DNA from: the human T2T-CHM13v2.0 reference genome, Homo sapiens
Length of the DNA: 64,000 nt
NCBI RefSeq assembly: GCF_009914755.1
Contig: NC_060928.1
Direction: 5' to 3' (one strand)
Part shown: piece by piece, positions 42,401 to 57,400 of the stretch
Layout: every line of letters begins with the position of its first letter
Numbering within the stretch: position 1 is the stretch's first letter
The notes under the pieces: generated by a model
The model's input: only the letters and a program-made list of their open reading frames with translations
The model's database searches: none
What the model was told of the DNA's origin: nothing
Made by a program: the position numbers and the translations under genes

Positions 42401-45400
42401 ATGCATAATTTGGGTACTTCAATAGTTTATGCACAGTATATAATACATACTTTGGGTAATTTGATATTTTATGTACAGTATATAATGCATACTTTGGGTA
42501 CTTTGATAGTTTATGTACAGTATACAATACATACTTTGGGTACTTTGATATTTTATGTACAGTATATAATATGTAGTTTGGGTACTTTGATATTTTAACT
42601 ACAGTATATAATACATACTTTGGGTACTTTGATATTTTATCTACAGTATATAATAGATACTTTGGGTACTTTGATATATTATGTACAGTATATAATACAT
42701 AGTTTGGTTACTTTGATATTTTTTGTACAGTATGTAAAACATACTTTGGGGAGTTTGATATTTTATGAACAGTATATAATACACATTTTGGGTACTTTGA
42801 TATTTTATGTACGGTATATAATACATACTTTGGGTACTTTGATATTTTATGTACAGTATATAATTCATACTTTGGGTACTTTGATATTTTATGTACAGTA
42901 TATAATACATACTTTGGGTACTTTGATATTTTATGTACAGTATATAATGTATAATTTGGGTACTTCAATAGTTTATGCACAGTATATAATACATACTTTG
43001 TGTAATTTGATATTTTATGTACAGTATATAATGCATACTTTGGGTACTTTGATAGTTTATGTACAGTATACAATACATACTTTGGGTACTTTGATATTTT
43101 ATGTACAGTATATAATATGTAGTTTGGGTACTTTGATATTTTAACTACAGTATATAATACATACTTTGGGTACTTTGATATTTTATCTACAGTATATAAT
43201 AGATACTTTGGGTACTTTGATATATTATGTACAGTATATAATACATAGTTTGGTTACTTTGATATTTTTTGTACAGTATGTAAAACATACTTTGGGGAGT
43301 TTGCTATTTTATGAACAGTATATAATACACATTTTGGGTACTTTGATATTTTATGTACGGTATATAATACATACTTTGGGTACTTTGATATTTTATGTAC
43401 AGTATATAATTCATACTTTGGGTACTTTGATATTTTATGTACAGTATATAATACATACATTGGGTACTTCGATATTTTATGTGCAGTACCCTATATATAG
43501 TTTGGGTACTTTGATATTTTATGTCCAGTATAAAATAAATAGTTTTGGTACTTTGATATTTTATGTACAGTATATAGTTTGAGTACTTTGATATTTAATG
43601 TTCAGTTTATTATAAATGTTTGGGTGCTTTCATATTTTATATACAGTATATAATACATACTTTGGGCACTTTGATATTTTCTGTACAGTATATAATACAT
43701 ACTTTGGGTACTTTGATATTTTATGTACGGTATATAATACATACATTGGGTACTTTGATATTTTATGTAAAGTATATAATATATAGTTTGGTTACTTTGA
43801 TATTTTATATACAGTATATAATATATATTATGTGTACTTTGATATATTATGTACAGTATATAATATATAGTATGGGTTGTTTGATATTTTATGTACAGTA
43901 TATAATATATAGTTTGGGTAGTTTGATATTTTTAGTACAGTATGTAATATATAGTTTGTTTTATTTGATATTTTATGTACAGTATACAATATATAGTATT
44001 GGTACTTTGATATTTCATGTAAAGTATATAGTTTGAGTACTTTGATATTTTATATGCAGTTTATTATAAATGTTTGGGTACCTTCATATTTTATGTACAG
44101 TATATAATACATACTTTGGGAACTTTTATTTTATGTGCAGTATATAATACATACTTTGGGTACTTTGATATTTCATGTACAGTATATAATACACACTTTG
44201 GGTACTTTGATATTTTATGTACAGTATATAATACACCCTTTGGGTAGTTTGATATTTTATGTACAGTATATAATACATACTTTGGGTACTTTGATGTATT
44301 ATGTACAGTATATAATACATACTTTGGGTACTTTGATATTTTATGTACAGTATATAATACATACTTTGGGTACTTTGATATTTTATGTACAGTATGTAAT
44401 ACATAATTTGGGTACTTTAATATTTTATGTATAGTATATAATACTTACTTTGGGTACTTTGATATTTTATGGACAGTGTATAATACATACTTTGGGTTCT
44501 TTGATATTTTATGTACAGTATGTAATACATAATTTGGGTACTTTAATATTTTATGTATAGTATATAATACTTACTTTGGGTACTTTGATATTTTATGGAC
44601 AGTGTATAATACATACTTTGGGTTCTCTGATATTTTCTGTACAGTGTATAATACATAATTTGGGTACTTTGATATTTTATGTACAGCATATAATACATAC
44701 GTTGGGTACTTTGATATATTATGTACAGTATATAATACATACTTTGGGTACTTTGATATTTTATGTACAGTATATAATCCATAGTTTGTGTACTTTTATA
44801 TTTTATGTACAGTATATAATACATACTTTGGGTACTTTGATATTTTATGTACAGTATATAATACATACTTTGGGTACTTTCATGTTTTATGTACAGTATA
44901 TAATATATAGTTTGGGTACTTTGATATTTTATCTACAGCTTATAATACTTACTTTGGGTAATTTGATATTTTATGTGCAGTATATAATACATACTTTGGG
45001 TAGTTTGATATTTTATGTACAGTATACAATATATAGTTTGAGTACTTTGATATTTTATGTGCAGTATAAAATATATAGTGTTGGTACTTTGATGTTTTAT
45101 GTACAGTATATATTTTGAGTACTTTGATATTTTGTGTACAGTTTATTATAAATGTTTGGGTACTTTCATATTTGATGTACAGTATATAATACATAATTTG
45201 GGCACTTTGATATTTTATGTACAGTATATAATACATACTTTGGGTACTTTTATATTTTATGTACAGTATATAATACATACTCTGGGCACTTTGATATTTA
45301 ATGTACAGTATATAATACACACTTTGCGTACTTTGATATTTTATGTAACGTATGTAATACATACTTTGGGTAGTTTGATATTTTATGTACAGTATGTAGT

Positions 45401-48400
45401 ACACACTTTGGGTACTTTGATATTTTATGTACAGTATGTAAAACATACTTTGGGTAGTTTGATATTTTATGATCAGTATATAATACACATTTTGGGTACC
45501 TTGATATTTTATGTACAGTATATAATACATACTTTGGGTACTTTGATATTTTATGTACAGTATATAATGCATACCTTAGGTACTTTGATAGTTTTTGTAC
45601 AGTATATAATACATACTTTGGGTACTTTGATATTTTATGTACAGTATATAATACATAGTTTGGGTACTTTGATATTTTATGTACAGTATATAATACATAC
45701 TTTGGGTACTTTGATATTTTATCTACAGTGTATAATATATACTTTGGGTACTTTGATATATTATGTACAGTATATAATACATACTTTGGGTACTTTGATA
45801 TTTTATGTACAGTATATAATACATACTTTGGGTACTTTGATATTTTATGTACAGTATATAATACATACTTTCAGTAGTTTGATATTTTATGTACAGTATA
45901 TAATATATAGTTTGGGTACTTTGATATTTTATGTACAGTATATAATACATAGTTTGGGTACTTTGATATTTTATGTACAGTATATAATACATACTTTCGG
46001 TACTTTGATATTTTATGTACAGTATATAATATATAGTTTGGGTACTTTGATAATTTATGTACAGTGTATAACACATACTTTGGGTACTTTGATATTTTAT
46101 GTACAGTATATAATACATACTTTGGGTACTTTGATATTTTATATACAGTATATAATACATACTTTGGGTACTTTCATATTTCATGTACAGTTTATAATAT
46201 ATAGTTTGAGTACTTTGGTATATTATGTACTGTATATAATACATACTTTGGGTACTTTGATATTTTATGTACAGTATATAATACATACTTTGGGTACTTT
46301 GATATTTTATGTACAGTATACAATATATACTTTGACTACTTTGATATTTTATGTCCAGTATAGAATATATAGTTTTGGTAGTTTGATATTTTATGTACAG
46401 TATATAGTTTGAGTACATTGATATTTTATGTACACTTTATTATAAATGTTTGGATACTTTCATATTTTATGTACAGTATATAATACATACTTTGGGCACT
46501 TTGATATTTTATGTACAGTATACAATACATACTTTGGGTACTTTGATATTTTATGTACAGTATATAATACATAATTTGGGTACTTTGATATTTTATGTAC
46601 AGTATATAATGCATACTTTGGGTACTTTGATGTTTTATGTACAGTATATAATACATACTTAGGGTACTTTGACATTTTATGTGCAGTACATAATACATAC
46701 TTTGGATACTTTGTTATTTTAAATACAGTATGTAATACATATTTTGGGTACTTTGATATTTTATGTACAGTATATAATACATACTTTGGTACTTTTATAT
46801 TTCATGTACAGTATATAATATATAGTTTGGGTACTTTGATATTTTATGTACAGTATATAATACATAGTTTGGGTATTTTGATATTTTATGTACAGTATAT
46901 AATACATACTTTGGGTACTTTGATATTTTATGTACAGTATATAATATATAGTTTGGGTACTTTGATAATTTATGTGCAGTATATAACACATACTTTCGGT
47001 AGTTGGATATTTTATGTACAGTATATAATACATACTTTGGGTACATCGATATTTGATGTACAGTATACTATATATAGTTTGGGTACTTTGATATTTTATG
47101 TCGGGTACAAAACAAATAGTTTTGGTACTTAGATATTTTATGTACAGTATATAGTTTGAGTACTTTGATATTTTATGTACAGTTTATTATTAATGGGTGC
47201 TTTCATATTTTATGTACAGTATATAATACATACTATGGGCACTTTGATATTTTATGTACAGTATATAATACATACTTTGGGTACTTTGATATTTTATGTA
47301 CACTACATAATACATACTTTGGGTACTTTGATATTTTATGTACAGTACATAATATATAGTTTGGGTACTTTGATATTTTATGTGCAGTATATAACACATA
47401 CTTTCGGTACTTGGACATTTTATGTACAGTATATAATACATAATTTGGGTACTTCCATATTTTATGTACAGTATGCTATATATAGTTTGGGTACTTTGAT
47501 ATTTTATGTCCAGTATAAAATAAAAAGTTTTGGTAATTCGATATTTTATGTACAGTGTATCGTTTGAGTACTTTGATATTTAATGTACAGTTTATTAAAA
47601 ATGTTCGGGTGCTTTCATATTTTATGTACAGTATATAATACATACTTTGAGCACTTTGATATTTTATGTACAGTATATAATACATACTTTGGGTAATTTG
47701 ATATTTTATGTACAGTATATAATACATACATTGGGTACTTTGATATTTTATGTACAGTATATAATATATAGTTAGGGTACTTTGATATTTCATATACAGT
47801 ATATAATATATATTATGTGTACTTTGATATATTATGTACAGTATATAATATATAGTTTGGGTAATTTGATATTTTATGTACAGTATACAATATATAGTAT
47901 TGGTACTTTGACATTTCATGTAAAGTATATAGTTTGAGTACTTTGATATTTTATATACAGTTTATTATAAATGTTTGGGTACCTTCCTATTTTATGTAGA
48001 GTATATAATACATACTTTGGGAACTTTTATTTTATGTGCAGTATATAATACATACTTTGGGTACTTTGATATTTTATGTACAGTATATAATACATACTAT
48101 TGGTACTTTGATATTTTATGTACAGTATACAATATATAGTTTGAGTACTTTGATATTTTATGTCCAGTATAAAATATATAGATTTCATACTTTGATATTT
48201 TATGTACTGAATGTAGTTTGAGTACTTTGATATTTTATGTACACTTTATTATAAAAGTTTGGGTACTTTCATATTTTACGTACAGTATATAATACATACT
48301 TTGGGCACTTTGATGTTTTATGTACAGTATATAATACATACTTTGGGTTCTTTGATATTTTATGTACAGCATATAATACATAATTTGGGGACTTTTATAT

Positions 48401-51400
48401 TTTATGTACATTATATTATACATACTTTGGGTACTTTTATATTTTATGTACGGTATATAATACACACTTTGGGTACTTTGATATATTATGTACAGTATAT
48501 AATACATGCTTTGGGTACTTTGATATATTATGTACAGTATATAATACATACTAAGGGTACTTTGACATTTTATGTACAGTACATAATACATACTTTGGGT
48601 ACTTTGATATTTTATGTACAGTATATAATGCATACTTTGGATACTTTGATATTTTATGTACAGTATATAATACATACTTTGGGTACTTTGATATTTTATG
48701 TACAGTATATAATGCATAATTTGGGTACTTCAATAGTTTATGCACAGTATATAATACATTCTTTGGGTAATTTGATATTTTATGTACAGTATATAATGCA
48801 TACTTTGGGTACTTTGATAGTTTATGTACAGTATACAATACATACTTTGGGTACTTTGATATTTTATGTACAGTATATAATATGTAGTTTGGGTACTTTG
48901 ATATTTTAACTACAGTATATAATACATACTTTGGGTACTTTGATATTTTATCTACAGTATATAATAGATAATTTGGGTACTTTGATATATTATGTACAGT
49001 ATATAATACATAGTTTGGTTACTTTGATATTTTTTGTACAGTATGTAAAACATACTTTGGGGAGTTTGATATTTTATGAGCAGTATATAATACACATTTT
49101 GGGTACTTTGATATTTTATGTACGGTATATAATACATACTTTGGGTACTTTGATATTTTATGTACAGTATATAATTCATACTTTGGGTACTTTGATATTT
49201 TATGTGCAGTATATAATACATACATTGGGTACTTCGATATTTTATGTGCAGTACCCTATATATAGTTTGGGTACTTTGATATTTTATGTCCAGTATAAAA
49301 TAAATAGTTTTGGTACTTTGATATTTTATGTACAGTATATAGTTTGAGTACTTTGATATTTAATGTTCAGTTTATTATAAATGTTTGGGTGCTTTCATAT
49401 TTTATATACAGTATATAATACATACTTTGGGCACTTTGATATTTTCTGTACAGTATATAATACATACTTTGTGTACTTTGATATTTTATGTACGGTATAT
49501 AATACATACATTGGGTACTTTGATATTTTATGTAAAGTATATAATATATAGTTTGGTTAGTTTGATATTTTATATACAGTATATAATATATATTATGTGT
49601 ACTTTGATATATTATGTACAGTATATAATATATAGTATGGGTTGTTTGATATTTTATGTACAGTATATAATATATAGTTTGGGTAGTTTGATATTTTTAG
49701 TACAGTATGTAATATATAGTTTGTTTTATTTGATATTTTATGTACAGTATACAATATATAGTATTGGTACTTTGATATTTCATGTAAAGTATATAGTTTG
49801 AGTACTTTGATATTTTATATGCAGTTTATTATAAATGTTTGGGTACCTTCATATTTTATGTACAGTATATAATACATACTTTGGGAACTTTTATTTTATG
49901 TGCAGTATATAATACATACTTTGGGTACTTTGATATTTCATGTACAGTATATAATACACACTTTGGGTACTTTGATATTTTATGTACAGTATATAATACA
50001 CCCTTTGGGTAGTTTGATATTTTATGTACAGTATATAATACATACTTTGGGTACTTTGATGTATTATGTACAGTATATAATACATACTTTGGGTACTTTG
50101 ATATTTTATGTACAGTATATAATACATACTTTGGGTACTTTGATATTTTATGTACAGTATGTAATACATAATTTGGGTACTTTAATATTTTATGTATAGT
50201 ATATAATACTTACTTTGGGTACTTTGATATTTTATGGACAGTGTATAATACATACTTTGGGTTCTTTGATATTTTATGTACAGTATATAACATATAGTTT
50301 GGGTACTTTGATATTTTATATACAGTATATAATACATACTTTGGGTACTTTGATATTTTATGTATAGTATATAATACATACTTTGGGTACTTTGATATTT
50401 CATGCACAGTATACAATATATAGTTTGAGTACTTTGATATTTTATGTACTGTATAAAATATATAGTTTTCGTACTTTGATATTTTATGTACAGTATATAG
50501 TTTGAGTACGTTGATATTTTATGTACAGTTTGTTATAAATGTTTGGGTGCTTTCATATTTTATGTACAGTATATAATACATACTTTGGGCACTTTGATAT
50601 CTTATGTACAGTATATAATACATACTTTGGGTTCTCTTATATTTTCTGTACAGTGTATAATACATAATTTGGGTACTTTGATATTTTATGTACAGCATAT
50701 AATACATACGTTGGGTACTTTGATATATTATGTACAGTATATAATACATACTTTGGGTACTTTGATATTTTATCTACAGTATATAATCCATAGTTTGTGT
50801 ACTTTTATATTTTATGTACAGTATATAATACATGCTTTGGGTACTTTGATATTTTATGTACAGTATATAATACATACTTTGGGTACTTTCATGTTTTATG
50901 TACAGTATATAATATATAGTTTGGGTACTTTGATATTTTATCTACAGCTTATAATACTTACTTTGGGTAATTTGATATTTTATGTACAGTATATAATACA
51001 TACTTTGGGTAGTTTGATATTTTATGTACAGTATACAATATATAGTTTGAGTACTTTGATATTTTTTGTGCAGTATAAAATATATAGTGTTGGTACTTTG
51101 ATGTTTTATGTACAGTATATATTTTGAGTACTTTGATATTTTGTGTACAGTTTATTATAAATGTTTGGGTACTTTCATATTTGATGTACAGTATATAATA
51201 CATAATTTGGGCACTTTGATATTTTATGTACAGTATATAATACATACTTTGGGTACTTTTATATTTTATGTACAGTATATAATACATACTCTGGGCACTT
51301 TGATATTTAATGTACAGTATATAATACACACTTTGCGTACTTTGATATTTTATGTAAAGCATGTAATACATACTTTGTGCAGTTTGATATTTTATGTACA

Positions 51401-54400
51401 GTATGTAATACACACTTTGGGTACTTTCATATTTTATGTACAGTATGTAAAACATACTTTGGGTGGTTTGATATATTATGTACAGTATATAATACATACT
51501 TTGGGTACTCTGATATTTTATGTACAGTGTATAATACATACTTTGGGTACTTTGATATTTTATGTACAGTATATAATACATACATTGGGTACTTTGATAT
51601 ATTATGTACAGTATATAATACTTACTTGGGGTACTTTGATATTTTATGTACAGTATATAATACATACTTTGTGTACTTTGATATTTTATCTACAGTGTAT
51701 AATATATACTTTGGGTATCTTGATATTTTATGTACAGTATATAATACATACTTTGAGTACTTTGATATTTTATGTACAGTATATAATACATACTTTGGAT
51801 ACTTTGATATTTTATGTACAGTATATAATACATACTTTGGGTACTTTGATATTTTATGTACAGTATATAATACATACTTTCGGTACTTTGATATTTTATG
51901 TACAGTATATAATATATAGTTTGGGTACTTTGATATTTTATGTACAGTATATAATACATACTTTGGGTACTTTGATATTTTATGTACAGAATATAGTTTG
52001 AGTACTTTGATATTTTATGTACACTTTATTATAAATGTTTGGGTACTTTCATATTCTATGTACAGTATATAATACATACTTTGGTCTCTTTGATGTTTTA
52101 TGTACAGTATATAATACATACTTTGGGTTCTTTGATATTTTATGTGCAGAATATAATGCATAGTTTTAGGTACTTTTATATTTTATGTACAGTATATAAT
52201 ACATACTTTGGGTACTTTGATATTTTATGTACAGTGTATAATACATACTTTGGGAACTTTGATATTTTATGTACAGTATGTAATACATACTTTGGGTACT
52301 TTGATATTTTATGTACAGTATATAATACATATTATTGGCACGTTGATATTTTATGTACAGTATACAATATATAGTTTGAGTACTTTGATATTTTATGTCC
52401 AGTATAAAATACATAGATTTCATACTTTGATATTTTATGTACAGAATATAGTTTGAGTACTTTGATATTTTATGTACACTTTATCATAAAAGTTTGGGTA
52501 CTTTCATATTTTACGTACAGTATATAATACATACTTTGGGCACTTTGATGTTTTATGTACAGTATATAATACATACTTTGGGTTCTTTGATATGTTATGT
52601 ACAGCATATAGTACATAATTTGGGGACTTTTATATTTTATGTACATTATATAATACATACTTTGGGTACTTTTATATTTTATGTACGGTATATAATACAT
52701 ACTTTGGGAACTTTGATATATTATGTACATTATATAATACATACTTTGGGTACTTTGTTATATTATGTACAGTATATAATACATACTTAGGGTACTTTGA
52801 CATTTTATGTACAGTACATAATACATACTTTGGGTACTTTGATATTTTATGTACAGTATATAATATATACTTTGGGTACTTTGATATTTTATGTACAGTA
52901 TATAATATATGATTTGGGTACTTTTACATTTTATGTACAGTATTTAATATATAGTTTGGGTACTTTGATATTTTATGTACGGTATATAATACATACTTTG
53001 GGTACTTTGATATTTTATGTACAGTATATAATACATACTTTGGGTACTTTGATATTTTATGTACAGTATATAATACATACTTTGGGTACTTTGATATTTA
53101 ATGTACAGTATATAATACACACTTTGCGTACTTTGATATTTTATGTAAAGTATGTAATACATACTTTGGGTACTTTGATATTTTATCTACAGTATGTAAT
53201 ACACGCTTTGGGTACTTTGATATTTTATGTAGAGTATGTAAAACATACTTTGGGTACTTTGGTATTTTATGGTCAGTATATAATACATATTTTGGGTACT
53301 TTGATATTTTATGTACAGTATATAATGCATAATTTGGGTACTTCAATAGTTTATGCACAGTATATAATACATACTTTGGGTAATTTGATATTTTATGTAC
53401 AGTATATAATGCATACTTTGGGTACTTTGATAGTTTATGTACAGTATACAATACATACTTTGGGTACTTTGATATTTTATGTACAGTATATAATATGTAG
53501 TTTGGGTACTTTGATATTTTAACTACAGTATATAATACATACTTTGGGTACTTTGATATTTTATCTACAGTATATAATAGATACTTTGGGTACTTTGATA
53601 TATTATGTACAGTATATAATACATAGTTTGGTTACTTTGATATTTTTTGTACAGTATGTAAAACATACTTTGGGGAGTTTGATATTTTATGAACAGTATA
53701 TAATACACATTTTGGGTACTTTGATATTTTATGTACGGTATATAATACATACTTTGTGTACTTTGATATTTTATGTACAGTATATAATTCATACTTTGGG
53801 TACTTTGATATTTTATGTACAGTATATAATACATACTTTGGGTACTTTGATATTTTATAAACAGTATATAATACATACTTTGGGTACTTTGATATTTTAT
53901 GTACTGTATATAATACATACTTTGGGTACTTTTATATTTTATGTACAGTATATAATATATAGTTTGGGTAATTTGATATTTTATGTACGGTATATACTAC
54001 ATACTTTGGGTACTTTGATATTTTATGTATAGTATATAATACATACTAAGCGCACTTTGATATTTTATGTACAGTATATAATACATACTTTGGTTACTCT
54101 GATATTTTATGTACAGTGTATAATACATACTTTGTGTACTTTGATATTTTTTCTATAGTATATAGTTTGAGTACTTTGATATTTTATGTACAGTTTTTTA
54201 TAAATATTTGGGTGCTTTCATATTTTATGTACAGTATATAATACATACTAAGCGCACTTTAATATTTTATGTACAGTATATAATACATACTTTGGTTACT
54301 CTGATATTTTATGTACAGTGTATAATACATACTTTGGGTACTTTGATATTTTATGTACAATATATAATACATACGTTGAGGACTTTGATATATTATGTAC

Positions 54401-57400
54401 ATTATATAATTCATACTTTGGGTACTTTGATATTTTATGTACAGTATATAATACATAGTTTGTGTACTTTGATATTTTATGTACAGTATATAATACATAC
54501 TTTGGGTACTTTGATATTTTATATACAGTATATAATACATACTTTGGGTACTTTCATATTTTATGTACAGTATATAATATATAGTTTGGGTACTTTCATA
54601 TTTTATCTACAGCTTATAATACATACTTTGGGTACTTTGATATTTTATGTACACTATATAATACATACTTTGGGTAGTTTGATATTTTATGTACAGTATA
54701 CAATATATAGTTTGAGTACTTTGATATTTTATGTGCAGTATAAAATATATAGTTTTCGTACTTTGATATTTTATGTACAGTTTATAGTTTGAGTACTTTG
54801 ATATTTTATGTACAGTTTATTATAAATGTTTGGGTACTTTCATATTTGATGTACAGTATATAATACATAATTTGGGCACTTTGATATTTTATGTACAGTA
54901 TATAATACATACTTTGGGTAGTTTTCTATTTTATGTACAGTATATAATACATACTTTGTTTACTTTGATATTTAATGTACAGTATATAATACACACTTTG
55001 CGTACTTTGATATTTTATGTAAAGCATGTAATACATAATTTGGGCAGTTTGATATTTTATGTACAGTATGTAATACACACTTTGGGTACTTTGATATTTT
55101 ATGTACAGTATGTAAAACATACTTTGGGTAGTTTGATATATTATGTACAGTATATAATGCATACTTTGGGTACTCTGATATTTTATGTACAGTGTATAAT
55201 ACATACTTTGGGTACTTTGATATTTTATGTACAGTACATAATACATACATTGGGTACTTTGATATATTATGTACAGTATATAATACTTACTTGGGGTACT
55301 TTGATATTTTATGTACAGTATATAATACATAGTTTGTGTACTTTGATATTTTATGTACAGTATATAATACATACTTTGGGTACTTTGATATTTTATGTAC
55401 AGTATATAATACATACTTTGGGTATCTTGATATTTTATGTACAGTATATAATGCATAATTTGGGTACTTTGATATTTTATGTACAGTATATAATGCATAC
55501 TTTGAGTACTTTGATATTTTATGTACAGTATGTAATACATACTTTGGGTACTTTGATATTTTATGTATAGTATATTATACATACTTTGTGTAGTTTGATA
55601 TTTTATGTACACTATACAATATATAGTTTGAGTACTTTGATATTTTATGTCCAGTATAAAATATATAGTTTTCCTAATTGATATTTTATGTACAGAATAT
55701 AGTTTGAGTACTTTGATATTTTATGTACAGTATATAGTTTGAGTACTTTGATATTTAATGTTCAGTTTATTATAAATGTTTGGGTGCTTTCATATTTTAT
55801 ATACAGTATATAATACATACTTTGGGCACTTTGATATTTTCTGTACAGTATATAATACATACTTTGGGTACTTTGATATTTTATGTACGGTATATAATAC
55901 ATACATTGGGTACTTTGATATTTTATGTAAAGTATATAATATATAGTTTGGTTAGTTTGATATTTTATGTACAGTATATAATATATATTATGTGTACTTT
56001 GATATATTATGTACAGTATATAATATATAGTATGGGTTGTTTGATATTTTATGTACAGTATATAATATATAGTTTGGGTAGTTTGATATTTTTAGTACAG
56101 TATGTAATATATAGTTTGTTTTATTTGATATTTTATGTACAGTATACAATATATAGTATTGGTACTTTGATATTTCATGTAAAGTATATAGTTTGAGTAC
56201 TTTGATATTTTATATGCAGTTTATTATAAATGTTTGGGTACCTTCATATTTTATGTACAGTATATAATACATACTTTGGGAACTTTTATTTTATGTGCAG
56301 TATATAATACATACTTTGGGTACTTTGATGTTTCATGTACAGTATATAATACACACTTTGGGTACTTTGATATTTTATGTACAGTATATAATACATACTT
56401 TGGGTACTTTGATATTTCATGCACAGTATACAATATATAGTTTGAGTACTTTGATATTTTATGTACTGTATAAAATATATAGTTTTGGTACTTTGATATT
56501 TTATGTACAGTATATAGTTTGAGTACTTTGATATTTTATGTACAGTTTGTTATAAATGTTTGGGTGCTTTCATATTTTATGTACAGTATATAATACATAC
56601 TTTGGGCACTTTGATATCTTATGTACAGTATATAATACATACTTTGGGTTCTCTGATATTTTCTGTAGAGTGTATAATACATAATTTGGGTACTTTGATA
56701 TTTTATGTACAGCATATAATACATACGTTGGGTACTTTGATATATTATGTACAGTATATAATACATACTTTGGGTACTTTGATATTTTAAGTACAGTATA
56801 TAATCCATAGTTTGTGTACTTTTACATTTTATGTACAGTATATAATACATACTTTGGGTACTTTTATATTTTATGTACAGTATATAATACATACTTTGGG
56901 TACTTTCATGTTTTATGTACAGTATATAATATATAGTTTGGGTACTTTGATATTTTATCTACAGCTTATAATACTTACTTTGGGTAATTTGATATTTTAT
57001 GTACAGTATATAATACATACTTTGGGTAGTTTGATATTTTATGTACAGTATACAATATATAGTTTGAGTACTTTGATATTTTATGTGCAGTATAAAATAT
57101 ATAGTGTTGGTATTTTGATGTTTTATGTACAGTATATATTTTGAGTACTTTGATATTTTGTGTACAGTTTATTATAAATGTTTGGGTACTTTCATATTTG
57201 ATGTACAGTATACAATACATAATTTGGGCACTTTGATATTTTATGTACAGTATATAATACATACTTTGGGTACTTTTATATTTTATGTACAGTATATAAT
57301 ACATACTTTGGGTACTTTGATATTTTATGTACAGTATATAATACATACTTTGGGTACTTTGATATTTTATGTACAGTATATAATACATACTTTCGGTACT

